Below, piece by piece: positions 15,221 to 24,345 of a stretch of DNA of 31,888 bases; position 1 is the first letter of the stretch; each line of letters starts with the position of its first letter. A program made the position numbers and the translations under genes. This DNA comes from a virus. Taxonomy: Duplodnaviria > Caudoviricetes. The stretch spans positions 1 through 31,888 of the IMG/VR virus record IMGVR_UViG_3300037743_000407. One strand, written 5' to 3'. The notes beneath the pieces were generated by a model. The model was given only the letters and a program-made list of their open reading frames with translations, did not search any database and was not told the DNA's origin.

Positions 15221-16185
15221 TGACCTTCCCCGTCGACGACATCCTCCTCGGGCCGGCCAGCTTCGGCGGCCTGCACCGGCTCGACATGGTGATCGGCCAC
15301 ACCGGTGAGGAGCCGGGGTTCAGCCGCGACTACGCGGTCAAGACCACGATCTGGCAGCGCACCAATCCCGGGTCCTACAACTTCCGGGTCTACGACGCCG
15401 CCAGCGCCGGCTCACGCGGCGGCGTGCTGCTCACGGTGCCCTACCTGGTGGCCTCGGGCGGCATCAACCCGTCGTCCGCCTACTGGGCCCCGGGCCGCTT
15501 CCCGTTCCTCGAACGCGAGCTCGCCAAGGCCGGACCGTGCCCGAAGTCCGGCTGCGCGGGCCCCTACCGCAACCCGACCATGCACGCCGGCCAGATCAGC
15601 TTCACCGGCCGCACCGCCGACCTGGCGAGCAAGGCGCCGGCCAACTACGTGCGCGACGCGGAGCGGCTTATCGACTTCTACGACGGTCTGTCGATCCGCG
15701 GTCCTGCACCGCTCGTGCTGGTCATGCACGCCCACTGGCAGCGCAACCGATCCGATTGGGGCGCGTGGATGCACGCCCAGCTCACCGAGGAGGACGACAT
15801 GCAGCTCACCGACTGGCGCCCCGTCGAGGAGGACTGGACCACGAGGACCGGGCCCGACTCCGGCGCGTTCTGGACGGGCGGGCCCGAGCAGGGTGAGAAG
15901 AAGCACTTCACCACGGCGACCGCGGTCCACACGACCGCCGAGTCGAAGGACGGCGCGTGGCGTCTCGGGGTGGCGGCGGGCATCGCCGAGATCCTGTGCT
16001 TCCCGCGCGGCTCGCTGGCCAATCCCCGCAACCGCCGACCGCCGGCGCCCCTGTATGGCTACCAGGCGCCGCCATCTGTGGCCGACCTCACCGCCAAGGT
16101 CGCCGACCAGGTCGAGACCATCGGCCGCCTGTCGAAGCGCATCACCGCCAAGGACGCGCACATCGGCGCGTACCCGAAGGGCTGA
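15220..16185 (+). CDS. Putative endolysin (divergent Zn-amidase-like N-terminus, coiled-coil C-terminus)
   Basis: VIGHTGE, SYNF, MHAHWQ.NRSD resemble Amidase_2 His/His/Asp ligands; directly upstream of a holin-like gene. Confidence 0.55.
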   Translation: MTFPVDDILLGPASFGGLHRLDMVIGHTGEEPGFSRDYAVKTTIWQRTNPGSYNFRVYDAASAGSRGGVLLTVPYLVASGGINPSSAYWAPGRFPFLERELAKAGPCPKSGCAGPYRNPTMHAGQISFTGRTADLASKAPANYVRDAERLIDFYDGLSIRGPAPLVLVMHAHWQRNRSDWGAWMHAQLTEEDDMQLTDWRPVEEDWTTRTGPDSGAFWTGGPEQGEKKHFTTATAVHTTAESKDGAWRLGVAAGIAEILCFPRGSLANPRNRRPPAPLYGYQAPPSVADLTAKVADQVETIGRLSKRITAKDAHIGAYPKG

Positions 16186-16196
16186 GGAGACCCATC

Positions 16197-16418
16197 ATGG
16201 AATACCGGTTCGTCGTACTCCGCGAGGCCGCCTGGGCGGCGCTCGTGGCCCTCGCCATCGTCGTGCTCGAGGCGTTCGTCACCTTCGACCCGACGGCCAT
16301 CACCGACTGGACGACCTGGGCGGTCGCCATCGGCGCCGGCGGGGTCCGGGCCGCGGCCGCCGCGGTGCTGGCCGGCTTCACCAAGGGCTTCGTCCTGCGC
16401 GACGAGTCGGCCGGCTGA
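16197..16418 (+). CDS. Putative holin (2 TM, 73 aa)
   Basis: GAGGAG RBS; two hydrophobic helices with a DW turn; follows the endolysin. Confidence 0.7.
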   Translation: MEYRFVVLREAAWAALVALAIVVLEAFVTFDPTAITDWTTWAVAIGAGGVRAAAAAVLAGFTKGFVLRDESAG

Positions 16419-16434
16419 CCGCGACCACCGATGC

Positions 16435-17043
16435 ATGGACTGTCCGAGGGACCCACCCTGCGGCCGGCCGCACGTCACGCGGCACGGCGGGCCGTCGTGT
16501 GGCGCGCACCGCTCGGGCGACCGCGGCACGCCGTGCGCGAATCCGCCGATCCACGGCGGCCGGGTGTGTCACAAGCACGGCGCCGCGGCACCGCAGGTGA
16601 AGGCCTCGGCGCAGGCGCGGATGCGTGCCAAGGCCGAGGAGCTCATGCCGTCGGCGTTCGGTGCACTGCGCACGATCCTCGAAGGGCGCTGGAATCCGAC
16701 CGCCCAGGTGCGCGCCGCGCACGAGGTGTTCGACATCCTGAAGGCCACGGAGGTCGGCGCCGAGTCCGAGTCGAAGGGCGCGATCAGCGACCTCATGGAG
16801 CGGCTGCGTGCCGACGCTGAGCTACCCGAGCCCCAAACAGGCGGCGTCGATCCTGGGCTCGACCGCCCGGATCAACATCTGGGACGGCAGCGTGCGGGCC
16901 AGCAAGACGGTGGCGACCCTGATCCGCTGGCTCGACTTCGTCGCCCACGGGCCCGACGGCGAGCTGCTGCTGCTGGCGAAGACGGAGCGGACGCTGGCCC
17001 GCAACATCCTCCACCCGCTCGAACAGATCCTGGCACCCGGTGA
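16435..17043 (+). CDS. terS: Terminase small subunit (HGGxSTG-like zinc domain)
   Basis: CGAHR...PC......GGRVCHKHGA; directly upstream of and overlapping terL. Confidence 0.7.
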   Translation: MDCPRDPPCGRPHVTRHGGPSCGAHRSGDRGTPCANPPIHGGRVCHKHGAAAPQVKASAQARMRAKAEELMPSAFGALRTILEGRWNPTAQVRAAHEVFDILKATEVGAESESKGAISDLMERLRADAELPEPQTGGVDPGLDRPDQHLGRQRAGQQDGGDPDPLARLRRPRARRRAAAAGEDGADAGPQHPPPARTDPGTR

Positions 17044-18049
17044 CCTTCGCATCCGCTGGGGCGCCGGCGAGGCGACGCTGTGGGGGCGGCGCATGTACCT
17101 CGGCGGTGCCAACGACGAGAGCGCGGTCGACAAGATCAAGGGCGTCACGCTGGCCGGCCTGCTCGGCGACGAGATCAGCACCTGGCCGCCGAACGTGTTC
17201 AAGATGGTGCTCAGCCGGTTGTCGATCGAGGACGCCAAGCTGTTCGGCACCACCAACCCCGAGGCGCCGATGCACTGGTTGATGGCCGAGTACCTGAGCC
17301 GCGCCGACGAGCTCGACCTGGCGCGCTTCCACTTCACCATCGACGACAACCCGTTCCTGGCCCCGGCCTTCGTGGCGGCGCTCAAGAAGGAGTACACCGG
17401 GCTCTGGTACCGGCGCTACATCGAGGGCGAGTGGGTCGTCGCCGAGGGTGCCATCTACGACATGCTCGACGACCGGCGCCACCTGGTCGACGTGCTGCCC
17501 GAGCTGATCGAGACCTGGGACGTCATCGACTACGGCACCACCAACCCGACCGTGTTTCTGGCCCTGAGCCTCGGCGTCGACGGCCGACTGTACGTCCACG
17601 ACGAGTGGCGCTGGGACTCGGCCAAGAAGGGCCACTCGCTGACCGACGCGGAGTACTCGGGGCACCTGCGCGCCTGGCACGCCCGCCTCAAGCGCGAGCC
17701 GCGCTGGATCTACGTCGACCCCAGCGCCGCCAGCTTCAGCACCCAGCTGTGGCGCGACAAGGTGCGCGGCGTGGTCCCCGCCGACAACACCGTCATCGAC
17801 GGCATCCGCGAGGTGGCCATGCTGCTCGGGCTCAACCTGCTCAAGTTCCACGCGCCGACCACCGTCGATGCCTGGGGCGAGTTCGTCGGCTACGTGTGGG
17901 ACCCGAAGAAGCAGGCCAAGGGCGAGGACGCCCCGCTGAAGGTCAACGACCACGCCCCCGATGCCGTCCGCTACGGGATCCGCAGCACGCACACCGTCTG
18001 GCACCCCTGGATCAGCAGCCACGAGGAGACCGCCCATGTCGCTACCTGA
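16808..18049 (+). CDS. terL: Terminase large subunit (PBSX-like)
   Basis: DGSVRASKT Walker A, LGDEI Walker B, TTNP, IDYGTTNPT, VDPSAA, NDHAPDAVRY. Confidence 0.95.
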   Translation: MPTLSYPSPKQAASILGSTARINIWDGSVRASKTVATLIRWLDFVAHGPDGELLLLAKTERTLARNILHPLEQILAPGDLRIRWGAGEATLWGRRMYLGGANDESAVDKIKGVTLAGLLGDEISTWPPNVFKMVLSRLSIEDAKLFGTTNPEAPMHWLMAEYLSRADELDLARFHFTIDDNPFLAPAFVAALKKEYTGLWYRRYIEGEWVVAEGAIYDMLDDRRHLVDVLPELIETWDVIDYGTTNPTVFLALSLGVDGRLYVHDEWRWDSAKKGHSLTDAEYSGHLRAWHARLKREPRWIYVDPSAASFSTQLWRDKVRGVVPADNTVIDGIREVAMLLGLNLLKFHAPTTVDAWGEFVGYVWDPKKQAKGEDAPLKVNDHAPDAVRYGIRSTHTVWHPWISSHEETAHVAT

Positions 18050-19562
18050 TGGGGGCCGGTCGCCCTGGCCGCCCGAGCCGGCGCGTCCCGCCCTGCGGCT
18101 GATTCGCGAGTGGTCGGCGTGGTGGAGCGCCGACCCGGCCAACCTGATCGCCGTGTACGGCTCGACCGTCGGCGGCCAGGCGACGGCCATGGCGCCCAAG
18201 AACTGGTTCCGCCGCTTCTGGGAGCGCATCGCCGGCAGCGGCCAGAGCTTCGGCTCGCCCGAGGGGCGCCAGCGCGCCTACCTGCACGTGCCGCTGGCCA
18301 GCGACATGGCGGCCACCAGTGCGGCGCTGCTGTTCAGCGAGGCGCCGACCATCCGCATCGCGGCCGCCCACCTCGCCGGCGCGACGACGGTGGTCAAGGC
18401 CACCGAGGCCGAGCTGCAGCGCATCCGCTCCGAGGGCGGGCTCGACGCGCGCCTGCTCGAGGCGGCCGACTATGCCGCCGGGCTGGGCGGCGTGTTCCTC
18501 AAGCCGACCTGGGACCAGGACCTGGCCGACTACCCGCTGCTCGAGGTCGTGCAGCCCGACCAGGCGCTGCCCGAGTTCCGGCACGGGATCCTGACCGCCG
18601 CCACGCTGTGGCGCGAAGTCGACCGCACCGACAAGGAGGTCCTCCGCCATCTCGAGCGGCACGAGGTGGTCGATGGCCGCAGCTTCGTGCTGCACGCGCT
18701 GTACCGCGGCGACGACGAGGTCCTCGGCACGCGCATGGAGGACGCAGAGCTGCTGGCCAAGGTCGAGCTCGAGCCGAGCGTCGAGCTGCCGTTCGAGGGG
18801 CTCGGCGTCGGGTACGTGCCGAACCTGCGGCCCAACCACCGGCTGCGCGGGTCATCGCTGGGCGAGGCCGACTACGGCGGTCGCGAGGGCCTGCTCGACG
18901 CGCTCGACGAGGCGTACGCCTCCTGGATGCGCGACATTCGGCTCGGCAAGGGGCGGATCCTGGTCAGCCGCCAGATGCTCGACACCAACCGCCGCTTCGA
19001 CATGGACCACGAGGTGTATGCCCCGATCGAGATGCCCGGCGCCTCGGCCGGCACGCCGCTCAAGGATCAGATCAGCGCCGAGCAGTTCCAGATCCGCTAC
19101 GAGGCGCACCGCGACACGTGCCTGACGCTCACCGAACGCATCGTGTCGGGACCGTATTCGCCGCAGACCTTCGGGCTGCACATCGAGGGCCGCGCCGAGT
19201 CGGGCACCGCGCTCGACATCCGCGAGCGACGCACGTTCATGACCCAGCAGCGCAAGGCCGCCTGGTGGGGCGCCGCGGTGGCCACCGCCACCGAGCAGAT
19301 GCTGATCGTGGCGCGCCACGTGTTCAACCGGCCGATCGAGTCGATGCGCCCGAGCGTCGAGCTCAGCGACTCGGTGGCCACCGACGCCTACCGCACGGCC
19401 GAGACGGTCGACCTGCTGAACCGCGCCGAGGCCGCCTCGCGTCGGACGCTGGTCGAGATGCAACACCCCGACTGGACGCGCGAGCAGGTGCAGGTCGAGG
19501 TCGACGCCATCCTCGCCGAGCGCGGCCTGGCCGTCGCCCCGCCCGATGAGCCGCCGGTCTGA
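18036..19562 (+). CDS. Portal protein (A118/SPP1-like)
   Basis: GAGGAG RBS; follows terL; HVPLASDMA..SA.LLF.E, YVPN, LDALDEAY.SWMRD.RLGK, YSPQTFG, HPDW. Confidence 0.9.
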   Translation: MSLPDGGRSPWPPEPARPALRLIREWSAWWSADPANLIAVYGSTVGGQATAMAPKNWFRRFWERIAGSGQSFGSPEGRQRAYLHVPLASDMAATSAALLFSEAPTIRIAAAHLAGATTVVKATEAELQRIRSEGGLDARLLEAADYAAGLGGVFLKPTWDQDLADYPLLEVVQPDQALPEFRHGILTAATLWREVDRTDKEVLRHLERHEVVDGRSFVLHALYRGDDEVLGTRMEDAELLAKVELEPSVELPFEGLGVGYVPNLRPNHRLRGSSLGEADYGGREGLLDALDEAYASWMRDIRLGKGRILVSRQMLDTNRRFDMDHEVYAPIEMPGASAGTPLKDQISAEQFQIRYEAHRDTCLTLTERIVSGPYSPQTFGLHIEGRAESGTALDIRERRTFMTQQRKAAWWGAAVATATEQMLIVARHVFNRPIESMRPSVELSDSVATDAYRTAETVDLLNRAEAASRRTLVEMQHPDWTREQVQVEVDAILAERGLAVAPPDEPPV

Positions 19563-19576
19563 TTCGGCGCCGAACA

Positions 19577-20620
19577 ATGGCCATCGATCCGCGTCAGGCG
19601 ATCACCCTGGCCAGCGCGCTGCGCGAGCTGTACGGCTCGGCCGAGGACCGTGTGCTGCGCATCGTGGCCCGCCGCCTGGCGGCCGGCATCGATCAGCCGG
19701 GCTGGGCCGAGCGCAAGGCCGCCGAGCTGACCAGCGTGCGAGTCGAGCTCGAGCGCGCCATCGCCGAGCTCGACGTCGCCGGCCCCGAGCAGCTACGCCT
19801 GCTGGTCGAGCAGGCCCATCGCGTCGGGGCTGTGGCCGCGGCCGACGCGCTGGGCGGGGCGCTGGCGGTGCGCAGCAACCCGGCCGCCGTGCAGGCGCTG
19901 GTCGAGGCCACCGCCGGGCAGCTGCGCAACACGCACCTGCCGATCCTGCGCACCGCCACTGATGCCTACCGCGCCACCGTGGCCGAGGCGGCCGGCTTCG
20001 GAGTCACCGGCGTCGAGACGCGGCGTGAGACCGCGCGGCGCGCCATGCGACGCTTCGCCGACCGCGGGGTGACCGGCTTCGTCGACAGCGCCGGGCGCCA
20101 CTGGGACCTGTCGAGCTACACCGAGATGGCCACCCGCTCGGCGCTCGGCCAGGCGCACCTGACCGGGCACCTCGACCAGCTCACCGCCCGCGGCCACGAC
20201 CTGGTCCGCATCAGCGACTCGCCCGACGAGTGCAAGCTGTGCCGTCCGCACGAGGGCCGCATCTACTCGATCGGCGGCGTCAACCCGAAGTACCCGGCCC
20301 TCGCCGACGCGCGCGGGCAGGGCCTGTTCCACCCCAACTGCACGCACAGCCTGGCGCCCTACGTCCCGGGGCTGTCGCGACCGTTCGGCAGGACCGCCGA
20401 CCCGGTCGGCAACCGGGAACGTGCCCAGCACCGCAGCAACGAGCACCAGATTCGGCACTGGAAGCGACGCGAGTCGGTGGCCAGCGCCATGGGCGACCAG
20501 CGCGGGCAGGCCCAGGCGGCAGCCAAGGTCGGCGAGTGGCAGGCCGAGCAGCGTCGCTTCATCGCCGACACCGGGCGCCGGCGCGACTACGCCCGCGAGG
20601 CGGCCGGAGCGGCGCGCTGA
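19577..20620 (+). CDS. Phage minor capsid/head morphogenesis protein
   Basis: FVDSAGRHW.LSSYTEMATR, C.LC.P.EGR, GLFHPNCTH. Confidence 0.88.
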   Translation: MAIDPRQAITLASALRELYGSAEDRVLRIVARRLAAGIDQPGWAERKAAELTSVRVELERAIAELDVAGPEQLRLLVEQAHRVGAVAAADALGGALAVRSNPAAVQALVEATAGQLRNTHLPILRTATDAYRATVAEAAGFGVTGVETRRETARRAMRRFADRGVTGFVDSAGRHWDLSSYTEMATRSALGQAHLTGHLDQLTARGHDLVRISDSPDECKLCRPHEGRIYSIGGVNPKYPALADARGQGLFHPNCTHSLAPYVPGLSRPFGRTADPVGNRERAQHRSNEHQIRHWKRRESVASAMGDQRGQAQAAAKVGEWQAEQRRFIADTGRRRDYAREAAGAAR

Positions 20621-20796
20621 TGGCCACCGAGGAGGAGTGGACCTGCCTGCGCAAGCGCCGCTATCCGACCCGTGCCAAGGCTCGCTGGGTCGCGCGCCGC
20701 GCATCGCTCGAGATCGGCAAGGTGCGCGCCTACCGATGTCCGTTCGGGCCGCACTACCACATTGGACACCCACCCAGGGTGACCGAGCAGCGATAA
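20620..20796 (+). CDS. Small zinc-binding hypothetical protein
   Basis: C..KRRYPT...A...RAYRCPFGPHYHIGH; TGATG start. Confidence 0.7.
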   Translation: MATEEEWTCLRKRRYPTRAKARWVARRASLEIGKVRAYRCPFGPHYHIGHPPRVTEQR

Positions 20797-20803
20797 TGGC
20801 GGC

Positions 20804-20980
20804 GTGGCCATCGGCATCCGGATCGAGCTCCGCGACCTCCCGCGCCTCAAGCAGTTGATCTGGGAGCTGCGCCAGACCGAGCAGCGCCTGCGCGATGCCG
20901 GCCGTCCCGAGGCCGACGAGATCGAGCACATGCTCGATCGCTTCCTGGCCGATATCAGCCTCGACGAGCGGTCCGCCTAG
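20804..20980 (+). CDS. Hypothetical protein (58 aa)
   Basis: Hand-translated MAIGIRIELRDLPRLKQLIWELRQTEQRL...; stop codon lies inside the promoter motif. Confidence 0.55.
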   Translation: MAIGIRIELRDLPRLKQLIWELRQTEQRLRDAGRPEADEIEHMLDRFLADISLDERSA

Positions 20981-21005
20981 GTTCTGTACCCCCTCCTGCT
21001 AGGTT
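20975..21005 (+). promoter_or_regulatory. Putative late promoter, copy 2: GCCTAGGTTCTGTAC-N8-GCTAGGTT
   Basis: Matches 12838-12868; upstream of the scaffold and capsid genes. Confidence 0.7.
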
Positions 21006-21032
21006 CGCTCACGGACCGACCAGGAGGATTCC

Positions 21033-21731
21033 GTGGCGCTCATCAACCTGCTGCTTCTCGCCGTCTTCGCCGTCATCGGGCTGTTCACACCCGGCGAGGG
21101 TGGCGGCGATCCGCCGGCCGACCCGCCGGCACCGAAGCCGGGCGATCCGCCCGCGGATCCTCCTGGGCCGAAGCCGGCCGACCCGCCGGCACCGAAGCCC
21201 GGCGACCCGCCGGCCCCTCCGGCCCCGGCGCCCCAGGCGGGCACCAGCCTCGAGGACGTCCAGAAGCTGCAGCGGGAGCTGAACGAGGCCCGGACCCAGG
21301 CGGCCGGGTATCGCAACGCCGGGATCCAGGCGCTGGCCAAGGCGCTCGGCATCGACCTCCCCAAGGGCAAGGGTGAGGAGGGCCAGGAGGCCGCGCTCGC
21401 CCAGCTGCAAACCGAGATCACCACCCTGCGTGACGAGGCCCGCGGCGGCAAGATCGACGCCGGTCTCGAGCGGGTGTTCACCAAGCTCAGTGTCAACCCG
21501 CGGGTGGCACGCCCGTACATCGAACGGCAGTTGAAGGACCTCGACCCGAAGGCCGACGACTTCACGACCAAGCTCGAGCAGATCGTCCAGGCGGCGATCG
21601 ACGAGGAGCCCGCGCTCAAGGCGGCCCAGGCGGCCCGTCGCAGCGGTGGGGAGTTCAACGGCAATGGAGCGGCGTCCTCGGGCGAGACCGAGGACCCGAC
21701 GAAGCTCGCGGCCGTCGTGCCGCGCGGCTAG
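21033..21731 (+). CDS. Capsid scaffolding protein
   Basis: AGGAGG RBS; Pro-rich DPPA repeats, coiled coil, RSGGEF near the end; directly upstream of the capsid gene. Confidence 0.8.
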   Translation: MALINLLLLAVFAVIGLFTPGEGGGDPPADPPAPKPGDPPADPPGPKPADPPAPKPGDPPAPPAPAPQAGTSLEDVQKLQRELNEARTQAAGYRNAGIQALAKALGIDLPKGKGEEGQEAALAQLQTEITTLRDEARGGKIDAGLERVFTKLSVNPRVARPYIERQLKDLDPKADDFTTKLEQIVQAAIDEEPALKAAQAARRSGGEFNGNGAASSGETEDPTKLAAVVPRG

Positions 21732-21755
21732 TTCACCACCACCGGAGGCCCCTCA

Positions 21756-22943
21756 ATGGCATTCCTCACCGCCGAGCGCATCATCGCGACCGCGCTCGGC
21801 CTCCTGCGGCGCGAGAGCGCCCTGCCGGCCACGCTGTGGCGTGACGTCAGTCCCGACGCTTTCAACGGCGCCGCCGGCGACGTCGTCAACGTCCGGCTGC
21901 CGGCCTACGCGCCGGCGCGCACCCGGGACCTGCGCTCGGGCACGACGCGGACCAAGGACAAGCTGAACGAGCGCAAGGTCGCCGTGGCGCTGACCACCGA
22001 CATCTACAAGGACGTCGGCATCAGCGACGAGGAGATGAACCTCGACATCGCCGACTTCGGCGCCCAGGTGCTGACCCCGATCACCAACGGCGTGGTCGAG
22101 GAGATTACCTCACAGGTGGCCTCGGCCATGTCGGCAGCCGCCTACGCCAACGAGATAGGGTTCACCTATGCGTCGGACGACGCGTGGAAGGACCTCATCC
22201 TTCCGTCCAACGAGCTGCTCAACCGGGCGCACGTGCCGAAGATCAACCGCACCCTGGCGGTCGGGGCTGCGATCGAGACGGCTCTGCTCAGCACCGACCT
22301 GTTCGTCAAGGCCAACGAGTCGGGCGGTACGACCGTGCTCGAGGAAGCGACCATGGGTCGCAAGGCCGGCTTCACGGTGCTCAGCGCGCCCGAGCTGGCG
22401 CCCGACGAGGCGTTCGCCTACCACCGCACCGCCTACGCCCTGGTCAACAAGGCGCCGGCGGTGCCGACCGGCGCGGCCTTCGGCGCCATGCGCGCGTTCC
22501 AGGGCTTCGCGATGCGCGTGGTCCGCGGCTTCGACCTCGACACGGTCGAGGACCGCACCATCTTCGACTCGTGGCTCGGCGTGACCCCCGTCACCGACGA
22601 GGGCTTCTTCGACGCCAACGGCATCTGGGTGCCGGCCGAGGAGACTCTCGGCAGCGAGATCGCGATCCAGCTCTCGGCGGCGGCGGACGACATCATCGAT
22701 GCCACGGCGCACGGCTTCGTGGCCGGCGACCCGGTCGTGTTCACCGCGCTGACCGGTGGGGCGGGCCTGACCGTCGGCCAGGTCTACTACGTCATCGCCG
22801 CCAACCTGACGGCCGACGACTTCCAGGTCAGCGAGACCCCCGGTGGCGGGGCCGCCCTGTTCACCACGGACATCACGGCCGGCACGGTCCGCTCCGGCGG
22901 CGGCGTGCAGTTCGTCCGCGCGGTGAAGATCACCGGCAGCTGA
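21756..22943 (+). CDS. Major capsid protein (P22 coat-like) with C-terminal inserted domain
   Basis: GGAGG RBS; GD.V.V..PA, DF..QVL.P, VP...R.L.VG, G...GF.V, terminal FVRAVKI. Confidence 0.88.
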   Translation: MAFLTAERIIATALGLLRRESALPATLWRDVSPDAFNGAAGDVVNVRLPAYAPARTRDLRSGTTRTKDKLNERKVAVALTTDIYKDVGISDEEMNLDIADFGAQVLTPITNGVVEEITSQVASAMSAAAYANEIGFTYASDDAWKDLILPSNELLNRAHVPKINRTLAVGAAIETALLSTDLFVKANESGGTTVLEEATMGRKAGFTVLSAPELAPDEAFAYHRTAYALVNKAPAVPTGAAFGAMRAFQGFAMRVVRGFDLDTVEDRTIFDSWLGVTPVTDEGFFDANGIWVPAEETLGSEIAIQLSAAADDIIDATAHGFVAGDPVVFTALTGGAGLTVGQVYYVIAANLTADDFQVSETPGGGAALFTTDITAGTVRSGGGVQFVRAVKITGS

Positions 22944-22961
22944 GCCGGGGAGCCGAATGAC

Positions 22962-22997
22962 GGGGAGCCTCGCGTCCGACCGGGACGCGAGCTCCCC
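22962..22997 (+). terminator. Strong GC hairpin after the capsid gene (terminator or mRNA stabiliser; no U-tract)
   Basis: GGGGAGC-CTCGCGTCC / GGACGCGAG-CTCCCC inverted repeat. Confidence 0.55.
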
Positions 22998-23020
22998 CAC
23001 ACCGCACGCAGGAGGCTGAC

Positions 23021-23380
23021 ATGCCAGCGTTCACCTACACCGGCCGGGCCAATCGCCTGGTCCTCGCCGGCCGGACCCTTGTCCGCGGCCGGCTGGTCGA
23101 GCTCGACGGGCGCGCGGCCGACGCGGCCGCGGCTCACCCCGACGTCGTCGAGGGCGTGCCCAAGTCGAAGGCGCCGGAGACGGTCGAGCTCGCCGCGCTC
23201 GATGATGCGCCCCAGACCGGCACCGAGCTCCGCGCAACGTTGGCGGGTGCCACCAAGGCGCAGCTCATCGAGTTTGCCGAGGAGCGCGAGATCGATCTCG
23301 AGTCGCTCGGCAAGCGACCCAACAATGCTGACCTGGTCGAAGCGATCGCCACCGCGATCGAGGCCGAGGCGGGATCCTGA
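23021..23380 (+). CDS. Hypothetical virion-module protein with HeH/Rho-N-like C-terminus
   Basis: AGGAGG RBS; TKAQLIEFAEEREID...NNADLVEAI. Confidence 0.7.
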   Translation: MPAFTYTGRANRLVLAGRTLVRGRLVELDGRAADAAAAHPDVVEGVPKSKAPETVELAALDDAPQTGTELRATLAGATKAQLIEFAEEREIDLESLGKRPNNADLVEAIATAIEAEAGS

Positions 23381-23613
23381 TGCCTCGCCCGCGCTTCCGT
23401 TTCCGATCGGAGCACGCCGGCCTGACCATCGACGGGCTGGGCTGGCACGCCCAGTTCCGCGACGGTCGCTTCGAGACCGACAACGAGCACACCGCCATCG
23501 GCGTGCTCACCCGCGCCCGGCAACATCCCGAATACGGGATCGCGATCGTCCGCGGCTCGGACAAGCCGGAGCCCGCCGAGGCGCCGGCGCCACCGGCCCC
23601 GGCCGAGGGCTGA
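23380..23613 (+). CDS. Hypothetical protein
   Basis: TGATG coupling; QFRDGRFETD. Confidence 0.65.
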   Translation: MPRPRFRFRSEHAGLTIDGLGWHAQFRDGRFETDNEHTAIGVLTRARQHPEYGIAIVRGSDKPEPAEAPAPPAPAEG

Positions 23614-23614
23614 C

Positions 23615-24022
23615 GTGACGGCCTACGCCACCGCCGACGAGCTGGCGACGTACACGGGAGCCGCTGCTCCCGCGGACGCCGATCGCCAACTCCTGCGCGC
23701 CTCCGAGCTGATCGACGAAGTGGTCGGACACTCGGCGGCGGCGGCGTGGGCCAATCCACTCCCCGATCCGATCACGATCGCTCAGGCGGCGCTGCGCGAC
23801 GCGGCCTGCGCCCAGGTCGAGTTCTGGTCCAGCTTCGGCGAGGACCACGACGTCGAGGGCGTGCGCGGCAGCGTGCGGGTCGGCGCCGTCAGCATCGACC
23901 GTCTGCCCGACGACCTGGCGCCGCGCGCCTACCGCGCTCTGCGTAACGGTGGCTTCCTGTCGGCGCTGGTCGGCACGTCCGACGGCGCCGCAGCCGACAC
24001 GCTGGCGGCGATCGGGCCATGA
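23615..24022 (+). CDS. Head-to-tail adaptor
   Basis: YATADEL, LLRASELID, A.CAQVEFW, LAPRA...LR..G. Confidence 0.8.
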   Translation: MTAYATADELATYTGAAAPADADRQLLRASELIDEVVGHSAAAAWANPLPDPITIAQAALRDAACAQVEFWSSFGEDHDVEGVRGSVRVGAVSIDRLPDDLAPRAYRALRNGGFLSALVGTSDGAAADTLAAIGP

Positions 24023-24345
24023 GGGTCCCCGGCGTCATGCTGCGCGACACCCTGGTCGTCGAACCGTATGCCGGTCCGACCGGTGCCGGCGGGCCGTCGT
24101 TCGGGGCTCCGCTCGATCCGGCGCCGCGCGCCCACGTCGAGCCCAAACGGCGCATGGTGCGCACCGTCGACGGCGAGCAGGTGGTCACCGCCGCGGTCGC
24201 CTACCTGCGCCCCGGGCCGGTCATCCCGCCGCGCAGCCGGGTGACCTGGAAGGGCCGCACCCTGAGCGTGCTGACCGACGGCGAGATGCGCGACATGTAC
24301 CTCGAGCTCAACCTCGGTGGCGCCGGCGAGGGGGCGATGTCATGA
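24019..24345 (+). CDS. Head-to-tail stopper (head closure)
   Basis: V.PY.G....G..FG, RRMVR..DGEQV; position in the module. Confidence 0.75.
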   Translation: MRVPGVMLRDTLVVEPYAGPTGAGGPSFGAPLDPAPRAHVEPKRRMVRTVDGEQVVTAAVAYLRPGPVIPPRSRVTWKGRTLSVLTDGEMRDMYLELNLGGAGEGAMS

